Both the position numbers and the translations under genes were made by a program. A stretch of DNA of 64,000 nucleotides from Candidatus Gastranaerophilales bacterium (GTDB taxonomy: Bacteria; Cyanobacteriota; Vampirovibrionia; Gastranaerophilales; Gastranaerophilaceae): NCBI GenBank assembly GCA_944325905.1, contig CALVBY010000001.1:31873-95872 (forward strand), written 5' to 3'. Below are positions 43,532-52,889 of this stretch, piece after piece; positions within the stretch are counted from its first letter, which is position 1; every line of letters begins with the position of its first letter. The notes below the pieces were generated by a model, which was given only the letters and a program-made list of their open reading frames with translations, ran no database searches and was not told the DNA's origin.

Positions 43532-45532
43532 CTACCATCTCATAGCTAAAGTTTCCATAGCTTTCTTTTCAGCTAAATCCGCTCTTGAAAGTGCAGCAAG
43601 TCCTACAGACTGATCTTCACCTTGTAATTGAACGCCCATAGGAGAAGGAATATACGTTCTCACAGGTTCCTCAACTTTATTTTCATCAGTCTTTTCATTG
43701 TTTACTATAGTTGTGTTATTTACATTATTTGTAACAGTTGAACTCGGAGATTGATATTTTTGACCGTTTTGGTACATATTTATCAAATTTGAAGGGTTAT
43801 TTGAAACTACAGAGGGAGTTTGCGCAAATGGATTATTTTGAGGATTTTGTAATTGATTTTGCAAATCAGCAACCTTTTGTTCTTCAGTTTCTGATGACTT
43901 TTCTTCATCCAACACTGATTTTGTAGGTCTGCCAAAAATTTTATGGTCAGCTTTGGTACATATCTTAGCCACAAAAGGAACAATTAACGCCATTGGTATT
44001 GCAACTCTTAAAGGAACACCTGCAAGATTTTTAAGCATATTAGGAATTTTTCTAAACAAGTTTAAATTCAATTTGCTTGCTGATTTGTAAGCTGCACGAG
44101 TTTCGTTACCTACGTTTATAACACGGCCAATACCTTTAAAGAATCTTGTAACCGGATTTTTAACATTAGCTTTTAACATATCTGATAAAGCATTTTTAGC
44201 AGCCTTATATTCAGCTTTTGTAGCAAAGCCGCCAGCAGCAGCTTTTTCATTAAACGCTTTCAATGCAGTTCTGTATGCTTCTACTCCATTTTTATCAAGC
44301 CCTGCATATTTCATACCACCAACTTTGTGCATAGCCATGTAACCAAAAGGTAATGCCATAAAGTAAGCAAAATCATTTACAAATCTTTCGGTAAACGTTT
44401 TGAATTTTTCACCTTTTGGAGCACTAAGCGAATTAGCTAACATATCACCAAAGATAAAAGCTTGCATAAATACTGCCAATTTGCCACCTGCAAATCTGTT
44501 CGTTGTACCTTCCAAGAAATATCCAAAGGCTTTTGGTAAAAATTTGCCTAATTTTGTCTTGTTACCCTTACCCAATGTGGCTGTCAATTTATTACGCAAC
44601 TCTGGTATAGAAACTTTTCTGCCCCATAAATGAGCCCAAATTTTTCCAAAAGTACCGTGTTTTCTGTAAACGGAAATGCCCATTTTATCGTCAGCTTTGA
44701 GCAAAGCTTCATATATCTTGTCAATATTCTTCAATGAATCTTTTTTAACTTCTCGAAACTCAGCTAAATTTCTAAAGCCAAGCTTACGGGCTTTGATGTG
44801 TTCAGCGTAACTCTTAAGTCCGACAATACCTTTTTTATTGAATATCTTGTCTATACTTTCAGGCTTGACACCAAGAGCTTTTAATTCTTCTTTTGCCAAC
44901 GCAGCAGTCTTATCAGCACCTTTCAAACCTTTTATAGAATTTGCAAAGTTGTCAATTTGAGTTTGATTATACCCAAATTGCTCAAGTTTTTGAACACTAT
45001 TAATAGGCTCCATAAAATACTCAAACAACTGATCCGTGTCCATAGCCAAGAAACCTTTCAGACCAGCACCGGTGTTTTTAGCTAATTTCCACTCAGCATG
45101 AGTCGGTGTGTTTTCAAAGGCGTATGCGGCCTTACTTTTTCCAGTCATCCAACGCCAAGCATCACCTATACCATGATAAATCTTTCTTGTTCCTTTACCC
45201 ACTGCTGTGTTGGTAAACTTTTCCTGAACTTTATCACCAAAATTTCCAATTTTACCTAAAACTGAATCCTCGTACTTTCCTGCACATTTAATACCAAACT
45301 TATCCATAGCTTGAGAAAGTAAATACCAAGTACCTAATGATAAACCCAGTGTGGTATTAGGATTTGTACCTTCTGAAGCTTTTACACGATTGGCAAGATA
45401 AGAACTATCCACAGTCTGTTTTACAGCCTGTGCATCAAGTGCTTGCATTGATGGATTAACTGCGCCAAAACTTGATTGATTTAAAGGTTTATACTGCAAA
45501 TTATAATTCTGATTTATATTGTTACTAACCAT
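43532..45532 (-). CDS. Large hypothetical protein (666 aa) with N/Q/P-rich termini and internal hydrophobic segments
   Basis: Long uninterrupted frame. The ATG at 45532 is preferred over the upstream GTG at 45541. No recognisable catalytic motif. Confidence 0.65.
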   Translation of the reverse strand: MVSNNINQNYNLQYKPLNQSSFGAVNPSMQALDAQAVKQTVDSSYLANRVKASEGTNPNTTLGLSLGTWYLLSQAMDKFGIKCAGKYEDSVLGKIGNFGDKVQEKFTNTAVGKGTRKIYHGIGDAWRWMTGKSKAAYAFENTPTHAEWKLAKNTGAGLKGFLAMDTDQLFEYFMEPINSVQKLEQFGYNQTQIDNFANSIKGLKGADKTAALAKEELKALGVKPESIDKIFNKKGIVGLKSYAEHIKARKLGFRNLAEFREVKKDSLKNIDKIYEALLKADDKMGISVYRKHGTFGKIWAHLWGRKVSIPELRNKLTATLGKGNKTKLGKFLPKAFGYFLEGTTNRFAGGKLAVFMQAFIFGDMLANSLSAPKGEKFKTFTERFVNDFAYFMALPFGYMAMHKVGGMKYAGLDKNGVEAYRTALKAFNEKAAAGGFATKAEYKAAKNALSDMLKANVKNPVTRFFKGIGRVINVGNETRAAYKSASKLNLNLFRKIPNMLKNLAGVPLRVAIPMALIVPFVAKICTKADHKIFGRPTKSVLDEEKSSETEEQKVADLQNQLQNPQNNPFAQTPSVVSNNPSNLINMYQNGQKYQSPSSTVTNNVNNTTIVNNEKTDENKVEEPVRTYIPSPMGVQLQGEDQSVGLAALSRADLAEKKAMETLAMRW

Positions 45533-45636
45533 AATACCCACAATTTCCCTACATTATTATAAAAACAAAATCCACATCTAAATTGCCTTTTCAAAGCATA
45601 TATTACGAAATGTAACAACTTTAAGCATTTTTGAAA

Positions 45637-45665
45637 TTAGTACATGAGTATATACTTTATATATA
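45637..45665 (+). promoter_or_regulatory. Copy C of the shared promoter-like element (-35 TTAGTA, 17-nt spacer, -10 TATATA)
   Basis: Exact TATATACTTTATATATA at 45649-45665. AGAGAGG ribosome-binding site and the ATG at 45698 follow. Confidence 0.55.
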
Positions 45666-45697
45666 TGTAAGAGATAAGATAACAGAGAGGCTTTAAA

Positions 45698-45868
45698 ATG
45701 GCAGTAGCTAATTTAAAAAAGATTGATGAAAAACTCAAAAATATCTATAGCGAACAAGTTACAACGACTGCAAATAATACACAGCCATATGTTGATCGCT
45801 CAGATTTATTATTTGAACAAATGAACTTCATTGCATTCAATAACAAACAAGCTTTACATTTAATTTAA
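45698..45868 (+). CDS. Unannotated small ORF, 56 aa (MAVANLKKIDEKLKNIYSEQVTTTANNTQPYVDRSDLLFEQMNFIAFNNKQALHLI)
   Basis: Hand-translated. AGAGAGG lies 8 nt upstream of the ATG, the shared promoter element is upstream and a terminator downstream. Below the ORF-track cutoff. Confidence 0.5.
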   Translation: MAVANLKKIDEKLKNIYSEQVTTTANNTQPYVDRSDLLFEQMNFIAFNNKQALHLI

Positions 45869-45928
45869 TATCCTATATTCCTACTAAAATTTTTAACTAA
45901 CTCCAATTAATTTTTCCCCTACAAATTT

Positions 45929-45962
45929 TCACCTGATTTTTTCGAAAGTCAGGTTTTTTTTT
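45929..45962 (+). terminator. Rho-independent terminator
   Basis: ACCTGA (45931-36) / TCAGGT (45949-54) followed by about 10 Ts. Confidence 0.6.
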
Positions 45963-45999
45963 ATTAATACTAAAGAAAATTTCGTGATAAAATTAAATT

Positions 46000-46590
46000 A
46001 TGAAGCTATGCGTTTTTCAAGGAACTTTCAACCCAATACACAATGCCCACTTAAAGATGGCTGATTTTGTGCTAAAAAATTACGATTTTGACAAAATAGT
46101 TTTCATTCCGGCTTATAGACCGCCGCACAAAAATTATGATACAGCACTTACACCTCATAGAATGGAAATGGTAAAACTTGCAACTTTAGTAAATCCTAAA
46201 TTTAAAGTTTCTGATATTGAATATCAAAATGAAAGAAACTCATATACATATCTGACAATTTTGGAATTATATAAAAAATATGATATAGAGGGAAAAATAA
46301 GCTTTATAATCGGAACCGATGCTTTTAAAAAAATTGACACTTGGTACGAAACAGATAAATTAAAAAATATGCTTGATTTTATAGTCTTTGTGAGAGAAAA
46401 CGAACCCGATAAGAAAAAATACGAAGAACTTAAGGCAAAAGGATACAACTTTACATTCGCCAGAATGGATTTTGAAGACATTTCCTCAACTAACATAAGA
46501 CAAAGCATTAAAGAAGGAAAAAATATAGATAAATACGTTACAGATAAAGTAAAAGGATACATTAAAGAAAATGGATTATACCAAAACTAG
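46000..46590 (+). CDS. nadD: Nicotinate-nucleotide adenylyltransferase
   Basis: FQGTFNPIHNAHL (HxGH-type motif) and ISSTNIR near the C-terminus. Confidence 0.92.
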   Translation: MKLCVFQGTFNPIHNAHLKMADFVLKNYDFDKIVFIPAYRPPHKNYDTALTPHRMEMVKLATLVNPKFKVSDIEYQNERNSYTYLTILELYKKYDIEGKISFIIGTDAFKKIDTWYETDKLKNMLDFIVFVRENEPDKKKYEELKAKGYNFTFARMDFEDISSTNIRQSIKEGKNIDKYVTDKVKGYIKENGLYQN

Positions 46591-47173
46591 CAAAGATGTA
46601 ATTTTAGAATGGTTGAAAAAAAATCTCAATCAAGAAAGATATATACACTGTCTAGGAACAGCCGAGTGTGCAAAGGAACTTGCCGAAAGGTATGGGCAAG
46701 ATACAAATAAAGCCTATATCGCCGGGCTTCTGCATGATTGCGCAAAATGCTTCGACAAAGAAAAACTTTTGGAAATTATACAAAAAAATTTGGATATAGA
46801 TGAAAATGAGTTAATGAATTACAAAACTCTTCATGCACCGGTTAGTGCATACTGTGCACAAAAGGATTTTGGAGTATGTGATAACGAAATATTATCCGCA
46901 ATAAGATGGCATACTCTTGGGAAAAAAGATATGACAACCTTCGAAAAAATAATATTTCTTGCCGACAAAATCGAACCCAACACAAGAGATTTGGAATATA
47001 GAAAACAAATTTATGAAATTTTAAATGAAGAAGATGGTCTTAATAAAGCGCTTTTAAGGTGTTATAAAGAAACAATTAAAAGTCTTGTAAAACGTGAATT
47101 AAAAATCTGCCCGCTAACAATCGACATATATAACAACCTTGTTGATATAACAAATAGTAAAGAATGTAAATAA
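46571..47173 (+). CDS. yqeK: HD-domain phosphohydrolase YqeK
   Basis: RYIHCLGTAE...GLLHDCAK...HT pattern. Overlaps the nadD 3' end, the canonical nadD-yqeK pairing. Confidence 0.88.
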   Translation: MDYTKTSKDVILEWLKKNLNQERYIHCLGTAECAKELAERYGQDTNKAYIAGLLHDCAKCFDKEKLLEIIQKNLDIDENELMNYKTLHAPVSAYCAQKDFGVCDNEILSAIRWHTLGKKDMTTFEKIIFLADKIEPNTRDLEYRKQIYEILNEEDGLNKALLRCYKETIKSLVKRELKICPLTIDIYNNLVDITNSKECK

Positions 47174-47230
47174 AATCAATTAAATGTAATATATTCGTGA
47201 TAGAATAAATCCATAAAGAGGGAACTGTTT

Positions 47231-49273
47231 ATGAAATTATTGGAGATTAAGAATAACCTTGTAAAAATTGCGTATAATGAGAACGATAAAATCTCACTTG
47301 CAAAATTCATAGCAATTGTTGATGAACAAAAATCATATGTTGGACAAATAGTCAACCTTAAAGCTGATATTAATGCAAATTACGCAATAGCAAAATTAGT
47401 ATTCACATTTAATAATGAAGGTATTGTAGATAATTACGATGGTTCAATTCCCTCTATGAATGCTCAGTTATCAAAATTAGATTCAAGCGATATTCTCAAG
47501 CTTTTGCCAATTGAAAAACCAATAGCATTGGGAGAACTTGCTCAGCAAGAAACTATGCTTAAGGTAGATGAAACCATTTTTGAAAAAAACCTTACCATTT
47601 GCGCAGAAAAATTTGATAATATTTCTACAATGGTAAAAAACTGCACAGCACAACTTGCTCAATATAATGAAAAAGTTGTTGTCATAGATATTGACCATAC
47701 ATTTGGAGAATATGAACCAATAAGATTCAAGCGAGATTTTAAACTACCTCTAAATGCAAAAATGATTGACTTTATCTACGAAAATGATTTAAACGAAGTT
47801 GATGCAACAAGCAAAGCTGTTATACAAGACATTTTTTACGAAGTTCAAGAGTATACGAAAACAATTGAAGGAAACTTTATACCGTTTGATACATTTGTTA
47901 AAGTTGTATCTCAGCAATATGAACAAACAGATATTCCTGAACTTGCACTTTTAAAACATAAACTATTAAAATACCAGGAAGAAAATGTATTCGCTGAAAA
48001 TAAAGACGAACTTCAAGGTTTAAAAAATGCAATTTCTGAAAATCAAATAAGCTATATTGATATTGCAGATGTTTCAGACGAACTTCAAAAAGAGTTAATT
48101 TCCTATATACATACAGTATTAAATCAAAATAGTGATTATATGTATGTATTTGCAAAAATTAACAACAGAAATTCGAGCAAAAAATTACTTAAGCAGCTCT
48201 TGGATAATGAACATATTTTCACTACGATAATTTGTAGTCACAACTACAAGTATTTACCTGAACTAAAACAAAGAGCAGAAAATTTAATTTTCTTTGCACC
48301 ACAAACAGTGCAACACGACTTTGCAAGCTATAATACACTACTTAACAAACTCAATGTGAACGAATTCATTGTATATGGAGCACTTACACAAAATGTTCCT
48401 TTTGTAGTTGAATTAAGCGAATTTTCGCAAGAAAATGATAATTCATATGATGTTAATGTAACTCAAGATGAAACTACAGAAGAAAGTGATGTCTTAAATG
48501 AAACTCCAAATAACGATACAGATGAATCCGTTCTAAATGTAGAACCTGAACTTGAATCAGAAAATGAAGAAGTTTTTGACTTTGATAGTATTGATGAAGG
48601 TTCAACAGAACAAACCGTCGTAGAAGATGATACTTACAAGGAAAATATACCAGAACAGAATTTCCAAGAGCTTTCTCATGATGAATTAGTTGAACAGGTT
48701 GCAAAAGACGTAGATGAAGTTTTCTATACAAAACCTACTGAAACACCTTCAATTGAAGAGATTGCTTCTCCCGACAACTTAACAGAAGACGACTTGGATT
48801 TTATTGACGATTTAGCTACAGAAGCTCCTGATTTAAATGTCTATAATGAAAATGGTGAACTCTATGAAAATAATGCCGATTTACCTTTTGAAGAAGAACA
48901 CCCTCTTGAACAAGTAAATGACGTAGAAGATATTGAAACAAATATTGAAGAAGAAGTAATAACTGAAGAACCTGTACTAGAAGATTTTGATACAGAATTC
49001 GAGATCGAAAACAATCCTGAAGAAGCGACCTCGAGTGATTTTATGGACGAACCACAACCTCCGGTCGTACCAATATACCCTTCTGAAGAACCTGTATTAG
49101 AAGAAGGGTCTGTGAACTTTGAACAAGGTGACATGGTCGCTCACCCAAAATATGGCAAGGGTATTATTGAAAAATTAATTAAATATGGCAACAAAACTCT
49201 ATGCTCCATATCTTTTGAAAACGTTGGAAGAAGACTATTGGATCCTGCGATTTCAGAATTACAAAAACTGTAG
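47231..49273 (+). CDS. HerA/DUF87-like protein with degenerate P-loop, long acidic linker and C-terminal UvrD/PcrA-type Tudor domain
   Basis: N-terminal barrel-like segment. ICAEKFDNIST sits where a Walker A would be. VVVIDIDHTFGEY resembles the DUF87 D.HGEY block. About 230 aa of D/E-rich linker. C-terminal GDMVAHPKYGKGIIEKL... Confidence 0.55.
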   Translation: MKLLEIKNNLVKIAYNENDKISLAKFIAIVDEQKSYVGQIVNLKADINANYAIAKLVFTFNNEGIVDNYDGSIPSMNAQLSKLDSSDILKLLPIEKPIALGELAQQETMLKVDETIFEKNLTICAEKFDNISTMVKNCTAQLAQYNEKVVVIDIDHTFGEYEPIRFKRDFKLPLNAKMIDFIYENDLNEVDATSKAVIQDIFYEVQEYTKTIEGNFIPFDTFVKVVSQQYEQTDIPELALLKHKLLKYQEENVFAENKDELQGLKNAISENQISYIDIADVSDELQKELISYIHTVLNQNSDYMYVFAKINNRNSSKKLLKQLLDNEHIFTTIICSHNYKYLPELKQRAENLIFFAPQTVQHDFASYNTLLNKLNVNEFIVYGALTQNVPFVVELSEFSQENDNSYDVNVTQDETTEESDVLNETPNNDTDESVLNVEPELESENEEVFDFDSIDEGSTEQTVVEDDTYKENIPEQNFQELSHDELVEQVAKDVDEVFYTKPTETPSIEEIASPDNLTEDDLDFIDDLATEAPDLNVYNENGELYENNADLPFEEEHPLEQVNDVEDIETNIEEEVITEEPVLEDFDTEFEIENNPEEATSSDFMDEPQPPVVPIYPSEEPVLEEGSVNFEQGDMVAHPKYGKGIIEKLIKYGNKTLCSISFENVGRRLLDPAISELQKL

Positions 49274-49621
49274 TTATCTTAGTTTGGAAGCACCTTTTAG
49301 GTAAACAAATTTAGGGATAAAATTCTCATCGCAGTTCACAACCATCATAATTCTCAAGCACATTGGCAACGAATTAGGAACATCCAGCTCGTGATAACAC
49401 ATCATAGCAACGTTATCCCAACCTAAATCAATTCTTGCAAATTTTGCAGGAAATGCAGCGTTTAAGTCTTGTGTCAATGTAAAAATAACATGCGAAATAT
49501 TTTCTTTTTGAATATTGTTTTGAGATACCATAGACTTCAAAAGCTCTAAAGTAGCATCTTTTATAGAACTTTCCGAGTTATAATCTACGCTAATAGCACC
49601 TCGAATACCTTTTGTTATCAT
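49274..49621 (-). CDS. aroH: Chorismate mutase, AroH class
   Basis: The 115-aa sequence, IRGAISVDYNS...FTLTQDLNAAFPAK...RIMMVVN, is typical of monofunctional AroH. Confidence 0.85.
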   Translation of the reverse strand: MITKGIRGAISVDYNSESSIKDATLELLKSMVSQNNIQKENISHVIFTLTQDLNAAFPAKFARIDLGWDNVAMMCYHELDVPNSLPMCLRIMMVVNCDENFIPKFVYLKGASKLR

Positions 49622-50529
49622 TTTCTTAGCCCATTATACCAATCACGTGCGAGCATTTCGCCTTTACCTTCTGGCTTGACTTTTATTAGCAAAAGACAAT
49701 CCTTACCGCAACCGACTTGTATACCTTCCTTAGTAACTTTTACAAACTCACCATAATTGCCACAGTCCTCAATAACACGAGATTCAAGCACTTTTATAAT
49801 TTTCCCGTCGTAAACAAAATAAGCAGAAGGGCATTTATATATACCTCTTACCAAGTTGTGTATCTCACAGGCAGACTTTTTCCAATCTATCAAAGCTTCT
49901 TCTTTTGTTAACTTATTTGCCATACAAACACCATCTTCACATTGAGGTATAGGTTTTAAAGTTCCATTATAAAGTTCAATAAGAGTTTTTTCCAACAAAG
50001 CAGGCGATAAGTCACTAATCTTATCAAACAATTCCACACAATTCATTGTTTCGGGAATTTGAATTGTTTCACGCATACAAACATCACCGCAATCCAATCC
50101 TAACTCGGTAATCATAGTACAAATACCCGTTTCTTTGTCACCATTTATAATAGCTCTTTGGATTGGATTAGCCCCGCGATATTTCGGCAAAAGCGAAGCA
50201 TGCAAGTTAATAGTTTCAAATTTCGGTATATCCAGGACTTCTTGTGATAAAATCTGCCCAAATGCAAAGGTCACAAAAAAATCCGGCTCAAGTTTTTTCA
50301 ATTCTTCTTGTATTTCAGGCTCTTTTCTTATTGATTTTGGTTGAAAAACCTGTAAATTATGTTCAAGCGCAAACTCTTTTATTGGAGACATTGTCATTTT
50401 GTGTCCGCGTCCGGCTGGCTTGTCCGGCTGAGTGACAACACCAACAACCTCAATTTTGTCTGAATCATACAGATATTCCAAGGATTTCAAGGCTATTTTG
50501 GGAGTCCCAAAAAATACAACTTTAATCAT
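49618..50529 (-). CDS. fmt: Methionyl-tRNA formyltransferase
   Basis: VVFFGTP...VVTQPDKPAGRG...NLHASLLPKYRGANPIQ. Confidence 0.95.
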   Translation of the reverse strand: MIKVVFFGTPKIALKSLEYLYDSDKIEVVGVVTQPDKPAGRGHKMTMSPIKEFALEHNLQVFQPKSIRKEPEIQEELKKLEPDFFVTFAFGQILSQEVLDIPKFETINLHASLLPKYRGANPIQRAIINGDKETGICTMITELGLDCGDVCMRETIQIPETMNCVELFDKISDLSPALLEKTLIELYNGTLKPIPQCEDGVCMANKLTKEEALIDWKKSACEIHNLVRGIYKCPSAYFVYDGKIIKVLESRVIEDCGNYGEFVKVTKEGIQVGCGKDCLLLIKVKPEGKGEMLARDWYNGLRK

Positions 50530-51082
50530 TAAGCTCCTTTTCCAATTCCGGCTCTGAAATTAATTTTTCAACTTCAATCGGCGGAAGATTAAATTTTTTC
50601 AAAACATTTTCTGTCTCAAACCTGTTTATACAATGATCAATAAATAAAACCCCATTTAAATGATCGAATTCATGTTGAATTGCACGTGCCAAAAGGCAAC
50701 CGTCTTTAGCTTCAAGGGTAAAGTTACGGCCATGAGCATCCATAGCTTTTACCATAACATTTTTATATCTTCTTACATCAGTATATGCTTCAGGGAAACT
50801 CAAACAGCCTTCATTACTAACAATTGCACCGGATTTTTTTATAATTTTGGGATTTATAAAAACTATAGGATTAAGCGGCTCGTTATTTGATGAAACATCA
50901 ATTACGAAAACTCTATAATTGACACCAATTTGCGGAGCTGCAAGTCCAACCCCATTTTGCGCATACATAGTATCTAACAAATCATTTACCAAATCCGTAA
51001 TTTTACGAGAAACTTTATGAACCTCTTTAGAAGGCTCTCTCAAAGATTTTTCCCCGTACTTTAAAACTTTCTTAATTGCCAT
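50522..51082 (-). CDS. def: Peptide deformylase
   Basis: GVGLAAPQIG, EGCLSFP and HEFDHLNG metal-binding motifs. Confidence 0.95.
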   Translation of the reverse strand: MAIKKVLKYGEKSLREPSKEVHKVSRKITDLVNDLLDTMYAQNGVGLAAPQIGVNYRVFVIDVSSNNEPLNPIVFINPKIIKKSGAIVSNEGCLSFPEAYTDVRRYKNVMVKAMDAHGRNFTLEAKDGCLLARAIQHEFDHLNGVLFIDHCINRFETENVLKKFNLPPIEVEKLISEPELEKELND

Positions 51083-51136
51083 AAATACCTCAACTAAAGA
51101 AGATTATACAATAAATTGTGCTCATTTGCAAATCCA

Positions 51137-51820
51137 CTATTGCACATTCAAAAATTTGTGCACTTGAGGAATTAATCTTGTATTTGAATATAAAGCCAAA
51201 AACTCATCAAATATTTTTGTTGCAAAATCAGTACTAACTGCAAAATTATTTCCCTTCATCTCAGGCTGCAAAACGAGCAGAATATTGTATTTTTTAGCCA
51301 ACTCGCAACACTTTGCTATTTCCTCTTTAGTAATCTTATCGTTAAAAACTATTTTTGCAAAACATTCTTTATTTTTTGCAATTTCAAAAAACTTATCGTG
51401 AAATTTATAAGCATTTTTTATCCCTGTAGCGCTCTCAAGTTTTATATCAGCAGCAACAATATCAACAAAATCAATAATTTCTTCCAATTTATCCGGCAAA
51501 GTTGCGTTAGTTTCAAGATAAATTTTATACTTGCTGACTAACGGCAAAAATTCTTTCAAGAACTCAATTGATAAAAGCGGCTCTCCACCGGTCAAAGATA
51601 TCGAATGAATTTTATCAGGATCAAATTTTGTAAGTTGCTCAGCCAATTCAGAAGGCGAGAACTCCTCAAAATACTCATCCGGAGAAAATTCCGTATCACA
51701 ATAATTACATTTTAAATTGCAATTACAAAAACGTATAAATATCTGATCAACACCTATATAAGGGCCTTCACCTTGGATTGATCTAAAAATTTCTTTTATT
51801 CTTACATGACAATCATTCAT
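51137..51820 (-). CDS. queE: 7-carboxy-7-deazaguanine synthase (radical SAM)
   Basis: FRSIQGEGPYIG and the CNLKCNYCDT cluster motif. Confidence 0.88.
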   Translation of the reverse strand: MNDCHVRIKEIFRSIQGEGPYIGVDQIFIRFCNCNLKCNYCDTEFSPDEYFEEFSPSELAEQLTKFDPDKIHSISLTGGEPLLSIEFLKEFLPLVSKYKIYLETNATLPDKLEEIIDFVDIVAADIKLESATGIKNAYKFHDKFFEIAKNKECFAKIVFNDKITKEEIAKCCELAKKYNILLVLQPEMKGNNFAVSTDFATKIFDEFLALYSNTRLIPQVHKFLNVQ

Positions 51821-52841
51821 TTAACAAATTCTCTCTGATGTTATCCGCTGCAATTTTTTTTAATTTTTCGTACAGCTTAATCTCATCATCCGACAAATGC
51901 TTTGAAATTTCAATAGACACAGTGACTATCATATCCCCGACTTTGCCATTTCGCTTTAAACCCTGACCTGATAGTCTAAATTTTTGCCCTGAGGAGGTAT
52001 GCGGAGGAAGTTTTAATTTAACTTTACCTTCAATAGTCGGGATATCAATCTCACCACCCAAAACAGCTTCATAAGGTGTAATTGGCAAATCATATAACAA
52101 ATTCAAATTATCATATTTTACTCTTGAAGTACCCTCAATATGAATTAACAGATAAAGATCACCGTTTTTGCCACCAAATTGACCTTCACCGCCTTCACCT
52201 TTTATTCGTAATTTAGCGCCGTTTTTGACATTTACAGGAATTTTTACATTTATCCTTTTATGCAATGAATACTCACCCGTTCCGTTACAAACCTGACATT
52301 TGGATCCATTGATAAATTTACGGCCTCTACAGCGAGGGCACAGCTCTGTATGCACAACATTCACAACCCTATTTGTGCCCTTTACAGCTTCACTCAAAGA
52401 GATTGCTATATCTGTAGTTATGTCTTTTCCATTCTGTGGCTGTATTTTCTCATTTTTTGACTCATGAAAATTTGCATCAAAAAATGAATTAAAAATACCT
52501 GAAAATTTATTTTCTTGTTGGCTACTTTTAGATTTTTTCTGTTCGTTTGAATTAGTCTTTGGTTCAGACTTTTTAGAAAAATCCTTGTTTGGATTAGTTT
52601 TAAATTCTTTTTTAAAGTCATCTTTTCGGTATGTACTTTTAAAAAATCCATTAAGAGTATCGTATTGTTTTCTTTTATTAACATCTGAAAGTGTATCGTA
52701 GGCTCTTGAAATTTCTTTGAAACGTCTTGCGCCATCAGGATTAACATCAGGATGATATTTTCTTGCAAGCTTACGATAAGCAGACTTGATATCTGCCAAT
52801 TCACTATCAGGTGTAACTCCTAAAATTTCATAAAAATTCAT
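51813..52841 (-). CDS. dnaJ: DnaJ-family co-chaperone (J domain, short Zn-finger region, C-terminal substrate-binding domains)
   Basis: NFYEILGV...YRKLARKYHPDVNPD. Only two CxxCxG pairs (CPRCRG, CQVCNG). S/K/N-rich linker instead of a G/F region. Confidence 0.85.
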   Translation of the reverse strand: MNFYEILGVTPDSELADIKSAYRKLARKYHPDVNPDGARRFKEISRAYDTLSDVNKRKQYDTLNGFFKSTYRKDDFKKEFKTNPNKDFSKKSEPKTNSNEQKKSKSSQQENKFSGIFNSFFDANFHESKNEKIQPQNGKDITTDIAISLSEAVKGTNRVVNVVHTELCPRCRGRKFINGSKCQVCNGTGEYSLHKRINVKIPVNVKNGAKLRIKGEGGEGQFGGKNGDLYLLIHIEGTSRVKYDNLNLLYDLPITPYEAVLGGEIDIPTIEGKVKLKLPPHTSSGQKFRLSGQGLKRNGKVGDMIVTVSIEISKHLSDDEIKLYEKLKKIAADNIRENLLNE

Positions 52842-52889
52842 ATCACTATATTAACGATAAATATTAAAATTTCAACTTAATAAAGTAGC

